Source: an uncultured Desulfovibrio sp.
Lineage (GTDB): Bacteria; Desulfobacterota; Desulfovibrionia; Desulfovibrionales; Desulfovibrionaceae
Direction: 5' to 3'
NCBI GenBank assembly: GCA_910587035.1
Contig: CAJUMQ010000012.1
Location: 3,184-67,183 of the forward strand
DNA: 64,000 nucleotides
Position numbers and translations under genes: made by a program. Under the pieces are notes generated by a model. That model saw only the letters and a program-made list of their open reading frames with translations. It had not been told where the DNA came from and ran no database searches. Below are positions 1 through 10,024 of the stretch, in pieces; position 1 is the first letter of the stretch, and every line of letters begins with the position of its first letter.

Positions 1-882
1 TTTTGGGGCTTCAGACAGATTGATTTTGGGGCCGGATTTAACAGTTTCGTTCTGATTCTCTTCATGGCCTTGTCCACACTCATGGCCATCAAGTTTGTCA
101 ATTCCTTTGTTCCATTTAATATCGATCTTTATTTCAGGCGCCGGGGTTCAACGTTGCAGACATCACAGTCCCGCTCCCTTATGCCGATAATAAAAGGTCT
201 GATATGGGCCATTGGCCTGACATTCATGCTGGACAACATCGGTTTTCATGTTTCCACCATTATAGCAGGTCTGGGAATTGTTGGCGTGGCTGTCGGTCTT
301 GCCGGCCAGGCGATCCTGAGTGACTTTTTCAGCTATATAGTGATTCTGCTGGACAAACCATTTCGTATTGGCGATTTTGTGGTGCTTTCCAATGGCAAAT
401 CCGGTGAAGTCGTCTATATTGGCCCAAAAAATGTGAGATTGCGCAGCCTTGAAAATAATCTCATTGTCTGTGCCAATACAGAAATGACAAAGGGAATGCT
501 GATAAACCAGGGCAGTGTGGAATTAAGGGAGGTTGTGGTTGAGGTTGGCGTGGCATATACCGTGCCCATAGACCATGTCCGGAAGGTTCCTGAAATTTTG
601 CGGGAAGTGGTGGAATCCTTCCCCCAATGTGAATTTGAAAGGGCGGCAATGACCACTTTTGGCACAGCAAACTATATTTTTCAGCTTATTTACCATGTGA
701 AGCCGCAGCCTGGAGGGCTGGTTGATTTTATGAAAACCCAGACTGATGTTAATCTTGCATTCACAGAAAAACTGAATTCCCAGCAGTTGAACGGCGCATA
801 TCCCACACAGTCCATCCAGATTACAAATGTAACTCCGCCTGTGCCCCAGCAACCGCAAAAGGATCAGGAGAAGGCGGCCTGA
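1..882 (+). CDS. mscS: Small-conductance mechanosensitive channel, MscS family (5'-truncated by window)
   Basis: Frame open from base 1; motifs 'AGLGIVGVAVGLAGQ..LSDFF' and 'DKPFRIGD' typical of MscS TM3/beta domain. Confidence 0.9.
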   Translation, partial: FWGFRQIDFGAGFNSFVLILFMALSTLMAIKFVNSFVPFNIDLYFRRRGSTLQTSQSRSLMPIIKGLIWAIGLTFMLDNIGFHVSTIIAGLGIVGVAVGLAGQAILSDFFSYIVILLDKPFRIGDFVVLSNGKSGEVVYIGPKNVRLRSLENNLIVCANTEMTKGMLINQGSVELREVVVEVGVAYTVPIDHVRKVPEILREVVESFPQCEFERAAMTTFGTANYIFQLIYHVKPQPGGLVDFMKTQTDVNLAFTEKLNSQQLNGAYPTQSIQITNVTPPVPQQPQKDQEKAA

Positions 883-910
883 GCATCGCAACAGGCATGA
901 TTTAATTGTC

Positions 911-946
911 AAAAGGCGCCGCATTGCTGCAATGCGGCGCCTTTTT
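911..946. terminator. Bidirectional intrinsic terminator between convergent mscS and livF
   Basis: aaaaggcgccgcattgc-t-gcaatgcggcgcctttt: 17-bp perfect inverted repeat with A/T runs on both sides. Confidence 0.85.
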
Positions 947-1005
947 ATGCTGAATAATAAAAAAAATTGAAACAGGTTGCAGTGATGAAGCATCTGGAAA
1001 GATTG

Positions 1006-1702
<697 letters not shown>

Positions 1703-1716
<14 letters not shown>

Positions 1717-2488
1717 CTCCCAGATACGCGCGTATTACACGAGGATTGGCCCTAATTTCGGCAGGTGTTCCCGATGCGATGCAGGAGCCATATTCCATAA
1801 CATAAATATGGTCGGAGAGGGACATGACCATGCTCATATCATGCTCAATAAGCAGAATTGAAATATTGCGTTTTGCACGGATATCGAGGATGAGCTGTTC
1901 CAGCTCCCTGGTTTCCTGGGGATTCATGCCTGCTGCCGGCTCATCCAGCAGGAGCAGAAGTGGTTTGGTGGCAAGTGCCCTTGCTATTTCCAGACGGCGC
2001 TGCGCGCCATAGGCCAGATTGCGCGCCTTTTCATTCCACAAGTCGGCAAGCCCCACTGTCTCAAGCAGTGCATAGCTCAAGTCCACTGTTTCCTGCTCCT
2101 CGCGCCTTGTGCCGGAATTACGCACAATGGCGCCGAGGATGCCGGCATGGGTGCGGCAATGCCGCCCCAGCATGACATTTTCAATCACTGTCATTTCACC
2201 AAAAAGGCGAATGTTCTGAAATGTCCTGGCCATGCCAAGCTTTGTGATGACATGGGGCTTGCGGCCATTGAGAAGAATTTTTCGGCCCGGGGATTCGTAC
2301 AGATAAATTTCGCCTTCCTGGGGTGTGTATATGCCGGTGATGCAGTTGAAAAAAGTGGTCTTGCCGGCACCATTGGGGCCGATAAGAGCCACAATCTGCG
2401 ATTGCCCCACAGAGAGATCGACATCGTTGAGCGCCCGCAGGCCGCCAAAACTCTGGGAGAGTCCGCTGACTTCGAGCACCGGTGGCAT
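1703..2488 (-). CDS. livG: Branched-chain amino acid ABC transporter ATP-binding protein
   Basis: GPNGAGKTT, ARTFQNIRLF, LAYGAQRRLEIARAL, DEPAAGMN. Confidence 0.95.
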
Positions 2489-3717
2489 CAGTTGCCCTCC
2501 CGCGCCGCTCTGGCGTCCCGCTCCGCAAGGGCGGTTATGCGATAATTGCGGCGTTCGCCGCTGATCAGGCCCTGTGGCCGGAAAATCATCATAATCACCA
2601 TGATGGCGCCAAAGATAAGCATTCGGTATTCGGAAAAGGCGCGCAGATATTCCGGCGCCATGATCAGTATGATTGCGGCTATGATAACGCCGGAGATCGA
2701 TCCCATGCCGCCAAGCACAACCATGGAGAGGATCATTGCGGATTCCATGAAAGTGAAGCTGGACGGATTGATGAAGGTTGTTTTGGCGGCAAAAATCACA
2801 CCTGCAAAGCCAGCCCAGCAGGAGCCAAGGGCAAAGGCCGAGAGCTTGGCGCGGGTGATGTCCACCCCCATGGCCTCACAGGCAACCTCGTCCTCCCGCA
2901 GGGCCTGAAGGGCCAGACCGACCCGGGAATTTTTGAGGCGCGAAATAACAATCACCGTAATTATTACCGCAATGAGAACCAGATAGTAGATATAGTCCGT
3001 AGCCTGGTTGAGATCCATTTCCATATTAAAAAACCCAGGTCTGGGAATATCGCTTATGCCACGAGGGCCGCCGGTCAGACTGGTCCAGTTGAGCATGGCA
3101 AGACGCACGATTTCGCCAAAACCCAGGGTCACTATGGCCAGATAGTCGCCGCGCAGACGCAGCACGGGAAAGCCCAGCCCCAGGCCGAAAAGAGCAGCCA
3201 GCAGTCCGCCAAGAGGCAGACAGGCCCAGAAGCCAAGGCCAAAATACTGGTTGAGCAGCGCATAGCCATAGGCGCCCACAGCATAGAAGGCCACATAGCC
3301 AAGCACAAGCTGCCCGGCCAGGCCCACAACGATATTGAGCCCCAGAGCAAGCATGATGTAGAGCATGGCGGAGATCATGATATTTGTCTGATAGAATGAT
3401 CCCAGCCATGGCATGGCCACGAGGATGGCAAGCAGCAGAACGAGAAAAGTGCGTTTTAAACCGGTATTACCGGAGACCTTGTCAAGGGAAGCGCGGATGC
3501 TTTCCGGCATGGCCAAAATGGGCAGACCGCGTGCCTTGCGGGCAAAACACCAGTTCCAGAGCATTGCCAGGAAAAAAACAGCCACCCCAAGCCACAGGAT
3601 GCGATCAAATTTCCAATTGACCCGGTTTTCCAGCAGATTGAGTTTGATTCCCATCACGGGCAATGTGAGAATCATGAACCAGATGGCTGTGAGAAAGGCT
3701 TTGGCTATAGCTGGCAT
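2488..3717 (-). CDS. livM: Branched-chain amino acid ABC transporter permease
   Basis: 'GLNIVVGLAG.L.LGYVAFYAVGAY', 'RLRGDYLAIVTLGFGEI'. Confidence 0.95.
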   Translation of the reverse strand: MPAIAKAFLTAIWFMILTLPVMGIKLNLLENRVNWKFDRILWLGVAVFFLAMLWNWCFARKARGLPILAMPESIRASLDKVSGNTGLKRTFLVLLLAILVAMPWLGSFYQTNIMISAMLYIMLALGLNIVVGLAGQLVLGYVAFYAVGAYGYALLNQYFGLGFWACLPLGGLLAALFGLGLGFPVLRLRGDYLAIVTLGFGEIVRLAMLNWTSLTGGPRGISDIPRPGFFNMEMDLNQATDYIYYLVLIAVIITVIVISRLKNSRVGLALQALREDEVACEAMGVDITRAKLSAFALGSCWAGFAGVIFAAKTTFINPSSFTFMESAMILSMVVLGGMGSISGVIIAAIILIMAPEYLRAFSEYRMLIFGAIMVIMMIFRPQGLISGERRNYRITALAERDARAAREGN

Positions 3718-3720
3718 ATG

Positions 3721-4629
3721 TCAGACCTTTTGTACCTTTGCCTTGCCGAGAATGCCGTCAGGGCGGAAGAGAAGGATCAGAATAAGAATGGCAAAGGCGA
3801 GAATATCCTCATAGTTGCCAGAAAAATATCCAGTGGTGAAACTTTCCGCAAGGCCAAGAACGAGGCCGCCGACCATTGCTCCTGGTATGGAGCCTATGCC
3901 GCCAAGCACGGCGGCAGTAAAGGCTTTCATGCCGGCAATAAAGCCTATGCCAAAATTAACCTGCCCCATATGGGATGCAATGAGCACACCGCCCAGGGCA
4001 GCCAGGGCCGATCCGATAATGAATGTAAGCGAGATGATGCGGTCGGCATTTATGCCCAGCAAAAGGGCCATTTTTCTGTTCTGGGCTGTGGCCCGCATTG
4101 CCTTGCCCATGCGTGTATGGCGGATGAAAAGCCACAAGGCGCCCATGGAGATGGCGCTGGCAGTGAGTATGAGAAAATCGCTTGGCCCCATGATGTAGTC
4201 CACCCAGGCCAGAAATTCCATTTCTGGCAGCAGACGGGGAAAGGGCACGAAATCCGAGGTCTGCGCCAGCAGCACATAGTTTTGCAGGAATATGGACATG
4301 CCAATGGCGGATATGAGAGGCGAAAGCCGCGGAGCGCCGCGGAGGGGTTTGTAGGCTACCTTTTCCAGCGTATAGCCATAGGCCGCGCACCAGACGATGG
4401 CTACCAGGGCGGCCACAATCAGAATGCCTCCGGCCGGGAAGCCATATATGCCCAGAGCGCCGGCAACAAGCAGGGCGGTGAAGGCGCCCAGCATGTAGAT
4501 TTCGCCATGGGCAAAGTTGATAAGCTCAATGATGCCATACACAAGGGTATAGCCCAGCGCTATGAGCGCGTAGATACTGCCCCTTGTGAGACCGCCAAAA
4601 AAAAGCTCTATAAAAAATTGTATATCCAT
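3721..4629 (-). CDS. livH: Branched-chain amino acid ABC transporter permease
   Basis: 'GSIYALIALGYTLVYGII..INFAHGE', 'KAFTAAVLGGIGS'; start moved to MDIQFF. Confidence 0.95.
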   Translation of the reverse strand: MDIQFFIELFFGGLTRGSIYALIALGYTLVYGIIELINFAHGEIYMLGAFTALLVAGALGIYGFPAGGILIVAALVAIVWCAAYGYTLEKVAYKPLRGAPRLSPLISAIGMSIFLQNYVLLAQTSDFVPFPRLLPEMEFLAWVDYIMGPSDFLILTASAISMGALWLFIRHTRMGKAMRATAQNRKMALLLGINADRIISLTFIIGSALAALGGVLIASHMGQVNFGIGFIAGMKAFTAAVLGGIGSIPGAMVGGLVLGLAESFTTGYFSGNYEDILAFAILILILLFRPDGILGKAKVQKV

Positions 4630-4684
4630 GCAAAATAGGTGGGTGTTCCGCCGGGGGCAGAGCGGAATGCCCCCGGCCGGAGAA

Positions 4685-5815
4685 TTAATCAAGTATCAGG
4701 CTGTGATCCAGTTCTACAAACTTGCCATCCTTCACCTGATAAATTGAAAGCGCCATGCCGGCGGCATCGCCCTTGTCATTGAAACGGATTTTGCCAAGGG
4801 GAGTCTCGACAAAATTTTCCCTAAGGGCCTGGTTGAGCTTTTCGGTATCCTGGCCACCGGTTTTGGCGATGGCGTCAAGCAGGGCCTGGGTTGCCGCATA
4901 GGCATTGTAATAGCCAAAACCTGGTTCTGCGCCATAGGCTTTTAAATGCGCTTCATGCGCCTTTTTGTATTCAGGCAGCGTGGTGGTGTCCTTGGGATAG
5001 GAGGCATATACGCCTTCGCTGTCCTTGCCGGTCATTTTAAGGAATGTCTCATCCTTCACGCCATCCGGACCAAGAAAAGGAGTGTCCAGCCTGTCACGGC
5101 GCATCTGCTGCACAAGCTTTGAGGCAACTGGCTGGTAGCCGCCAAAGACAATGATATCAGGTTTGGCGCGGCGCAGCTTGCGCACCACGGCAGTGAAATC
5201 GACCGCATCCGGTGTGACTGCTTCAAACAGCACTGTCTCGGCGCCGCCCTTTTCCATAAGCTCGCGGTTGAAATCGGCAAAACCTTTGCCATAATCGCCA
5301 TTATCATGCAGATACGCTATTTTTTTTGCCTTGAGCTTGTTGAGCATGAAATCGCTTGTCAATCTAGCCTGGGCATTGTCCTTGGCCACGGTGCGCATGA
5401 AGAGAGGATTTTTGCCGCTCTCTGTGAGTGCCGGTGTGGTGGCTGTGGGTGAAATGGAAATGAGGCTCGCGTTCTGGAACAGAGGCAGCGAGGCCGTGGT
5501 GGGGCCGGAGCAGATGGGGCCGACCACGGCAGAAACCTTGTCCGAAATCAGACGGGTTGCCGCGCTGGTGGCCATCTCCGGCTTGCACTGGTCATCCTGG
5601 GCTATGACTTCTATCATTCTGCCATCAAGGCCACCCTTGGCATTGATTTCGTCAACGACAATTTTGACGGCATTGAGACTGGGAACACCATAGGAGGCAA
5701 GATCTCCGGAATGTGCCCCCTGCACACCAATACGAATTGGCTCCGCGGCATTGGCGCCGGCCCCGCACATGATAAAACAGGCCAGCGCAAGCGAGGCCGG
5801 TATGATTTTTTTCAT
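4685..5815 (-). CDS. livK: Branched-chain amino acid ABC transporter substrate-binding protein (LivK/LivJ)
   Basis: Signal peptide MKKIIPASLALA...AEP; 'DDQCKP', 'GPICSG'; GGAGG RBS upstream of 5815. Confidence 0.9.
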   Translation of the reverse strand: MKKIIPASLALACFIMCGAGANAAEPIRIGVQGAHSGDLASYGVPSLNAVKIVVDEINAKGGLDGRMIEVIAQDDQCKPEMATSAATRLISDKVSAVVGPICSGPTTASLPLFQNASLISISPTATTPALTESGKNPLFMRTVAKDNAQARLTSDFMLNKLKAKKIAYLHDNGDYGKGFADFNRELMEKGGAETVLFEAVTPDAVDFTAVVRKLRRAKPDIIVFGGYQPVASKLVQQMRRDRLDTPFLGPDGVKDETFLKMTGKDSEGVYASYPKDTTTLPEYKKAHEAHLKAYGAEPGFGYYNAYAATQALLDAIAKTGGQDTEKLNQALRENFVETPLGKIRFNDKGDAAGMALSIYQVKDGKFVELDHSLILD

Positions 5816-5951
5816 AATCTCCTCCGTGGCAATCATCTTTTGCAGGCTGAACTTGATCTGGCTGCAGGAAAATGACAGCCTTTATAAAAAATAAATAATA
5901 CTGATGTCGCGCCTAAAGTGCGACAAGAAACAGGATACAGTCAAGTGTTCA

Positions 5952-5980
5952 ATTATGAATTACAAATGCCATCCTGTCAA
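5952..5980 (-). promoter_or_regulatory. Sigma70-type promoter for liv operon
   Basis: Minus strand TTGACA-N17-CATAAT. Confidence 0.65.
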
Positions 5981-6075
5981 TGTGGGGATTAATTGGGTAA
6001 GTGTCCCCATGTCAATGCGGCCATAAACACCATGTTGAAAATTTCACAATCATGGAGCAAATTCATTATCTTGTT

Positions 6076-7473
6076 CTAACTGGACTTTTTATGGCTTGAG
6101 CGAAAATGAATGCGTATGGGCGCATGCCTGAGATTAAACAGGGCACGCAGGGATTTGTCCAGATAGCGGCCATATGCTTCCGGCACCCTGTCGGCATCGC
6201 TCACAAAAAAAACAAATGTCGGCGGCTCGCTTTCCGCCTGGGTGAGATAAAAGAATTTTGCGCGCCTGCCCTTGACCAAAGGTGGCTGATGCCTGTGAAG
6301 CGCCTGCTCCAGGGCCCGGTTGAGCTGTCCGGTGGGGATGCGTATTGAACATTCCTTGTGTATGGCAGAAGCCATGGGAATAATATCCTTAAGATGCAAG
6401 CCGCTTTTGGCGGAAACGCACAGAACTGGTGCCCATGAGCAGAAGACCAGAGTCTCCCTGATTTCCTTTTGCAGGGCATCCAGAAGATTTTTTGCGATAA
6501 GATCGCATTTGTTTATCAGGATCATAAAGGGAATTTTTCTGGTGGCAAGCAGATCGATGAGTCTTTTGTCCTGCTGGCCGACCCCTTCTGTGGCATCCAG
6601 CACAAGCAGGGTTATATCCACCTTTGTTGTGGATTTGATTGCCGAATTTACGGAAAACTTTTCCACTTCATCGGTGATTTTGCTTTTGCGGCGCACCCCG
6701 GCTGTATCCACAAACTCATAGATGCGGCCATCGTTTTCAAAACGCACATCAACGCTATCGCGGGTTGTGCCTGCCACATCGGAGACAATCATGCGATCCG
6801 AACCGGATAGGGCGTTTATGAGCGATGATTTTCCCGCATTGGGGCGTCCAAGCATGGCAAGACGCAGGAGCGGTTTGGCATCGCGTCCCAGAAGGTAGCC
6901 TGATTGCCTGGTTTCCGCATTTTTGGCCATTTCTGCCAGATCCTCGCAAAGCGCGCCGATATTATGGCCATGCTCGGCAGAGACCGCGAGCAAAGGAAAA
7001 CCCAGGGCATGAAATTCCGCCAGGATTTCATCCTCATGCTCCAGACCATCCACCTTGTTGACAACGCAAAGCACGGGAATATTTTTGCGGCGAATATGGG
7101 CGGCAAGATGTTCATCCATGGGCAGAAGGCCATCGCGGCCATCCACAACAAAAGCCACGCCAGCGGCTACAGCAAGGGCGGCGTCCGTCTGCGCCAGTAT
7201 CTCGGCCTCAAATCCCCTGATGCCGTCCGGGCCTTCAGTGGGTGCGGCATTGGCATCCAGCGTTATCCCACCTGTATCCACAATCTCAAATGGCTCCAGA
7301 CCACGGCGCCTGACAATTCCGTCCATGCGGTCCCTGGTGACGCCTGGCATGTCATGGGTAATTGCCCTGTTGCTTTTAATAAGTTTATTAAAGAGAGTTG
7401 ATTTGCCTACATTTGGTCTGCCGGCAAGAACAATTACCGGCAAAGCCGTGTTTTTTTCCTCATTCATATGCAA
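6076..7473 (-). CDS. der: Ribosome biogenesis GTPase Der
   Basis: Two GTPase domains (GRPNVGKS/DTGG/NKVD and GRPNAGKS/DTAG/NKCD) plus KH-like tail; start may be 7467. Confidence 0.97.
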   Translation of the reverse strand: MHMNEEKNTALPVIVLAGRPNVGKSTLFNKLIKSNRAITHDMPGVTRDRMDGIVRRRGLEPFEIVDTGGITLDANAAPTEGPDGIRGFEAEILAQTDAALAVAAGVAFVVDGRDGLLPMDEHLAAHIRRKNIPVLCVVNKVDGLEHEDEILAEFHALGFPLLAVSAEHGHNIGALCEDLAEMAKNAETRQSGYLLGRDAKPLLRLAMLGRPNAGKSSLINALSGSDRMIVSDVAGTTRDSVDVRFENDGRIYEFVDTAGVRRKSKITDEVEKFSVNSAIKSTTKVDITLLVLDATEGVGQQDKRLIDLLATRKIPFMILINKCDLIAKNLLDALQKEIRETLVFCSWAPVLCVSAKSGLHLKDIIPMASAIHKECSIRIPTGQLNRALEQALHRHQPPLVKGRRAKFFYLTQAESEPPTFVFFVSDADRVPEAYGRYLDKSLRALFNLRHAPIRIHFRSSHKKSS

Positions 7474-7503
7474 TTGTCCTGTTGACTGGGGAGCAGTTAA
7501 TTT

Positions 7504-8481
7504 TCAGGGAATGGATGGAAGCGAATCCAGGTCTGCCGCAGCCATCCCGATGGCCTTTGGCAACCGAGTTATGTCATAAGGCGCTGTCCATGCAGGCGTG
7601 CAGACAAATTCCGGCCCATCCGGCAATATGACGCGGAATGCGTGCAGTAGCAGACCATTTGAGCTTTTGCCATATTTGACATCGCCAATGACGGAGAAGC
7701 CGCAATGCGCCAGCTGGGCCCTGATCTGATGGGTTCTGCCTGTGAGCAAGCGTACCTGCAGCAAGGTGGCATCTTTATTTGTGGCAAGCGGCTGGACAAT
7801 GCACCTGGCCTCGCGCGCATGGGGCATTTCTGCGTCATATGCGCGTACCAGGGTTTTGTCGCCACATTTTTCCTTGCGCAAAAAATGTTTTAGAAGCGCC
7901 GGCCCCTTGTGTGGCCATTTTCCCTCCACCCATGCCAGATATTCCTTGTGGATGCGGTTTTCCTTCATGGATTCCTGGATGGAGCGCAGCCCGGCAAATG
8001 ATTCGGCCACCAGCATGACGCCGCTTGTGTCCCTGTCCAGCCGATGGCAGGGAACGGGCTTAAAGGGGGCATCGTGATAAAGGGGGGCAAGCAGGGAGCA
8101 GACGCAGACCGCATGGCCTGTGCCTGGCTGGGCAGCCAGGCCGGATGGCTTGTTTACAGCTATGATGTCCTTATGGCGCCCAATGATCTCAGGGATGGAC
8201 ATTTGCGCTTCCTGGCCGTCCGGCTCGCCAGTTTGGCCTGCCAGTTCATGCGCAAAGGGGGGTATGCGCACCGTATCGCCGGTGGCAATGCGGGAAAATG
8301 GTTTGCTGCGCCTGCCATTAATTCTTATTTGGCCTGTGCGTACCCAGCGATGCAACAGGGATGGAGGCAAATCAAGCTTTCTCTGCAAAAATTGCAGGAG
8401 TTTCTGGCCGCTTTCCTTGTCTGTCACCTGCTGAAAATTGATTGCGCATTGAGGCTGACTTTCATTATTTTCTTTTGCCAT
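7504..8481 (-). CDS. RluA/RluC-family 23S rRNA pseudouridine synthase with S4 domain
   Basis: NKPSG, HRLDRDTSG, TGRTHQIR, GDVKYG, LHA motifs. Confidence 0.93.
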   Translation of the reverse strand: MAKENNESQPQCAINFQQVTDKESGQKLLQFLQRKLDLPPSLLHRWVRTGQIRINGRRSKPFSRIATGDTVRIPPFAHELAGQTGEPDGQEAQMSIPEIIGRHKDIIAVNKPSGLAAQPGTGHAVCVCSLLAPLYHDAPFKPVPCHRLDRDTSGVMLVAESFAGLRSIQESMKENRIHKEYLAWVEGKWPHKGPALLKHFLRKEKCGDKTLVRAYDAEMPHAREARCIVQPLATNKDATLLQVRLLTGRTHQIRAQLAHCGFSVIGDVKYGKSSNGLLLHAFRVILPDGPEFVCTPAWTAPYDITRLPKAIGMAAADLDSLPSIP

Positions 8482-8617
8482 GCCACATACTGAAACACTT
8501 AAAGTGGTGGCGTCAAGTGCTCATGGCACCATTCAGCAATGTGGGATGCCAGGTTTTTGCACGAGTAAAACTTGCAGGCCGCAAAGCGGAAATAAAGCTT
8601 TTTTGGCATATGCAAAT

Positions 8618-8644
8618 AAAAAAGACAGGCACGAGGCCTGTCTT
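8618..8644 (-). terminator. Intrinsic terminator after gcvH-like gene
   Basis: aagacaggc-acgag-gcctgtctt stem followed by a U-run on the minus strand. Confidence 0.7.
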
Positions 8645-8665
8645 GAAAATCGGAAACCGCAGTTT

Positions 8666-9061
8666 TTAATCCAGTGTGCCGACATATTCGGATGCGCTTA
8701 ACAGCGCGTCGGCATCGGCCATGTTGTCCGGTTTTATGCGTATGATCCAGCCAGTGTCATAGCAGGAGGCATTGACGCCCTCAGGGGCGTCAGCAAGATT
8801 TTCATTGACCGCTGCAATTGTGCCGGCAACGGGCATAAACAGGGAATTGACAGATTTCACAGATTCAACGCTGCCAAATTCATCGCCTGCATTGAGGTGC
8901 CCATCACTCTGGGCAATGTCGACATAGACGATATCACCCAGCTGGTCCTGTGCGAAGTCGCTTATTCCTGCCACAAGCGCATCGCCATCTTTTTTTACCC
9001 AGATATGTTCTTTTGTGTAGTGTCTGTCAGTCGGGGTATTCAATTCTGCCTTTGACTTCAT
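8666..9061 (-). CDS. gcvH: Glycine cleavage H-type lipoyl-carrier protein (orphan)
   Basis: 'YTKEHIWV','GISDFAQDQLGDIVYV','VESVKSV' (lipoyl Lys), 'N..Y..GWI'; no gcvP/gcvT in window. Confidence 0.9.
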   Translation of the reverse strand: MKSKAELNTPTDRHYTKEHIWVKKDGDALVAGISDFAQDQLGDIVYVDIAQSDGHLNAGDEFGSVESVKSVNSLFMPVAGTIAAVNENLADAPEGVNASCYDTGWIIRIKPDNMADADALLSASEYVGTLD

Positions 9062-9136
9062 GATTCATTCCTTTGTCCTGTTTGTCCCATCCACCATGAA
9101 AGATACAGGGATGGCGGCAACATGCTTTGGTTGCAA

Positions 9137-9967
9137 TTAAACATCAGCTTTGGAAATTTCAGCCTTGAACAGATACTTGCGGGCCCCGTTGCGCAAGGCG
9201 ATGAGCTGCTCCTCCGTGATTGGCTCAAGCCCATGCCTGTCCCAGAACATTTCTTTCGGGAGCGCTTCAATTCTGAATGGCAATGTCGGCTTGTGGCAGG
9301 CATCGTCGATCATTTTTGCCGCCTGGGCCGCATCGGTTTTGTCGGGCCACACCCAGCCTTCATCTTTTGGCAATGGCACGGCAAGAAAACGCAAAACACC
9401 ATCCCCACTTGCAAGGATCGAATCCACGGTGGCTGCCATATCCTCCACTGACGGGGCATGGCCAAAAACCTTTTCAGTCATGTCTGGGCCGCCAATGACG
9501 TTGAGAATGCCATGAACCCCTTTAATTTCAAGCAGTTTTTTAAGCAGGCCAGGTTTTGTGCCATCGCTTTGCAGCCAGACATCCAGACCGCCCGCTGCCA
9601 GCCTTTGCACCAGGGTCACGAAATTGTCATCCTGGCTGTTGGGGCACATGGATGGGTATAGACCCGAGATTTTGCCATGCAGAAAATCGCTGCGGGTCAC
9701 GCATGCACCCATTTCAGAGCCGCCTAGCAACCAGGCTATGACTTCGCCAGAACCCTGGCGAATGACTTCACCGTCCTGAAAAAGCGGAAACTCCACACCC
9801 TCCGGGTTACGGTAGATGTGCTTGCGGTTGGCGCGGTAAAAGGCATTGAAGGCATCCGCGTCACCCTTGAAATCAATGGTGTCATATTCAATGCCATTGT
9901 CCGCCAGATATGACTTGACAATTTTGCAGCGCATGCAATCCGGGGCTGTATAAAGTGTGATGGACAT
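9137..9967 (-). CDS. Glutaredoxin-like (CMRC) N-terminal domain fused to an uncharacterised C-terminal domain
   Basis: 'ITLYTAPDCMRCKIVKSYL...GIEY..ID' and 'EFP' cis-Pro loop; AGGAGG RBS. Confidence 0.8.
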   Translation of the reverse strand: MSITLYTAPDCMRCKIVKSYLADNGIEYDTIDFKGDADAFNAFYRANRKHIYRNPEGVEFPLFQDGEVIRQGSGEVIAWLLGGSEMGACVTRSDFLHGKISGLYPSMCPNSQDDNFVTLVQRLAAGGLDVWLQSDGTKPGLLKKLLEIKGVHGILNVIGGPDMTEKVFGHAPSVEDMAATVDSILASGDGVLRFLAVPLPKDEGWVWPDKTDAAQAAKMIDDACHKPTLPFRIEALPKEMFWDRHGLEPITEEQLIALRNGARKYLFKAEISKADV

Positions 9968-9988
9968 TTTTCCTCCTTTTTTAAAGGT

Positions 9989-10011
9989 AAAAAGGCCCCG
10001 AAATCGGGGCC
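9989..10011 (-). terminator. Terminator-like hairpin between transporter and glutaredoxin-fusion genes
   Basis: ggccccga-aa-tcggggcc followed by UUUUU on minus strand. Confidence 0.55.
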
Positions 10012-10024
10012 ATTAGCCAGGATT

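Noticed and set aside
8666..9061. Calling this locus a glycine cleavage system
   Set aside because: Only the H protein is present; no gcvT, gcvP or lpdA in the window.
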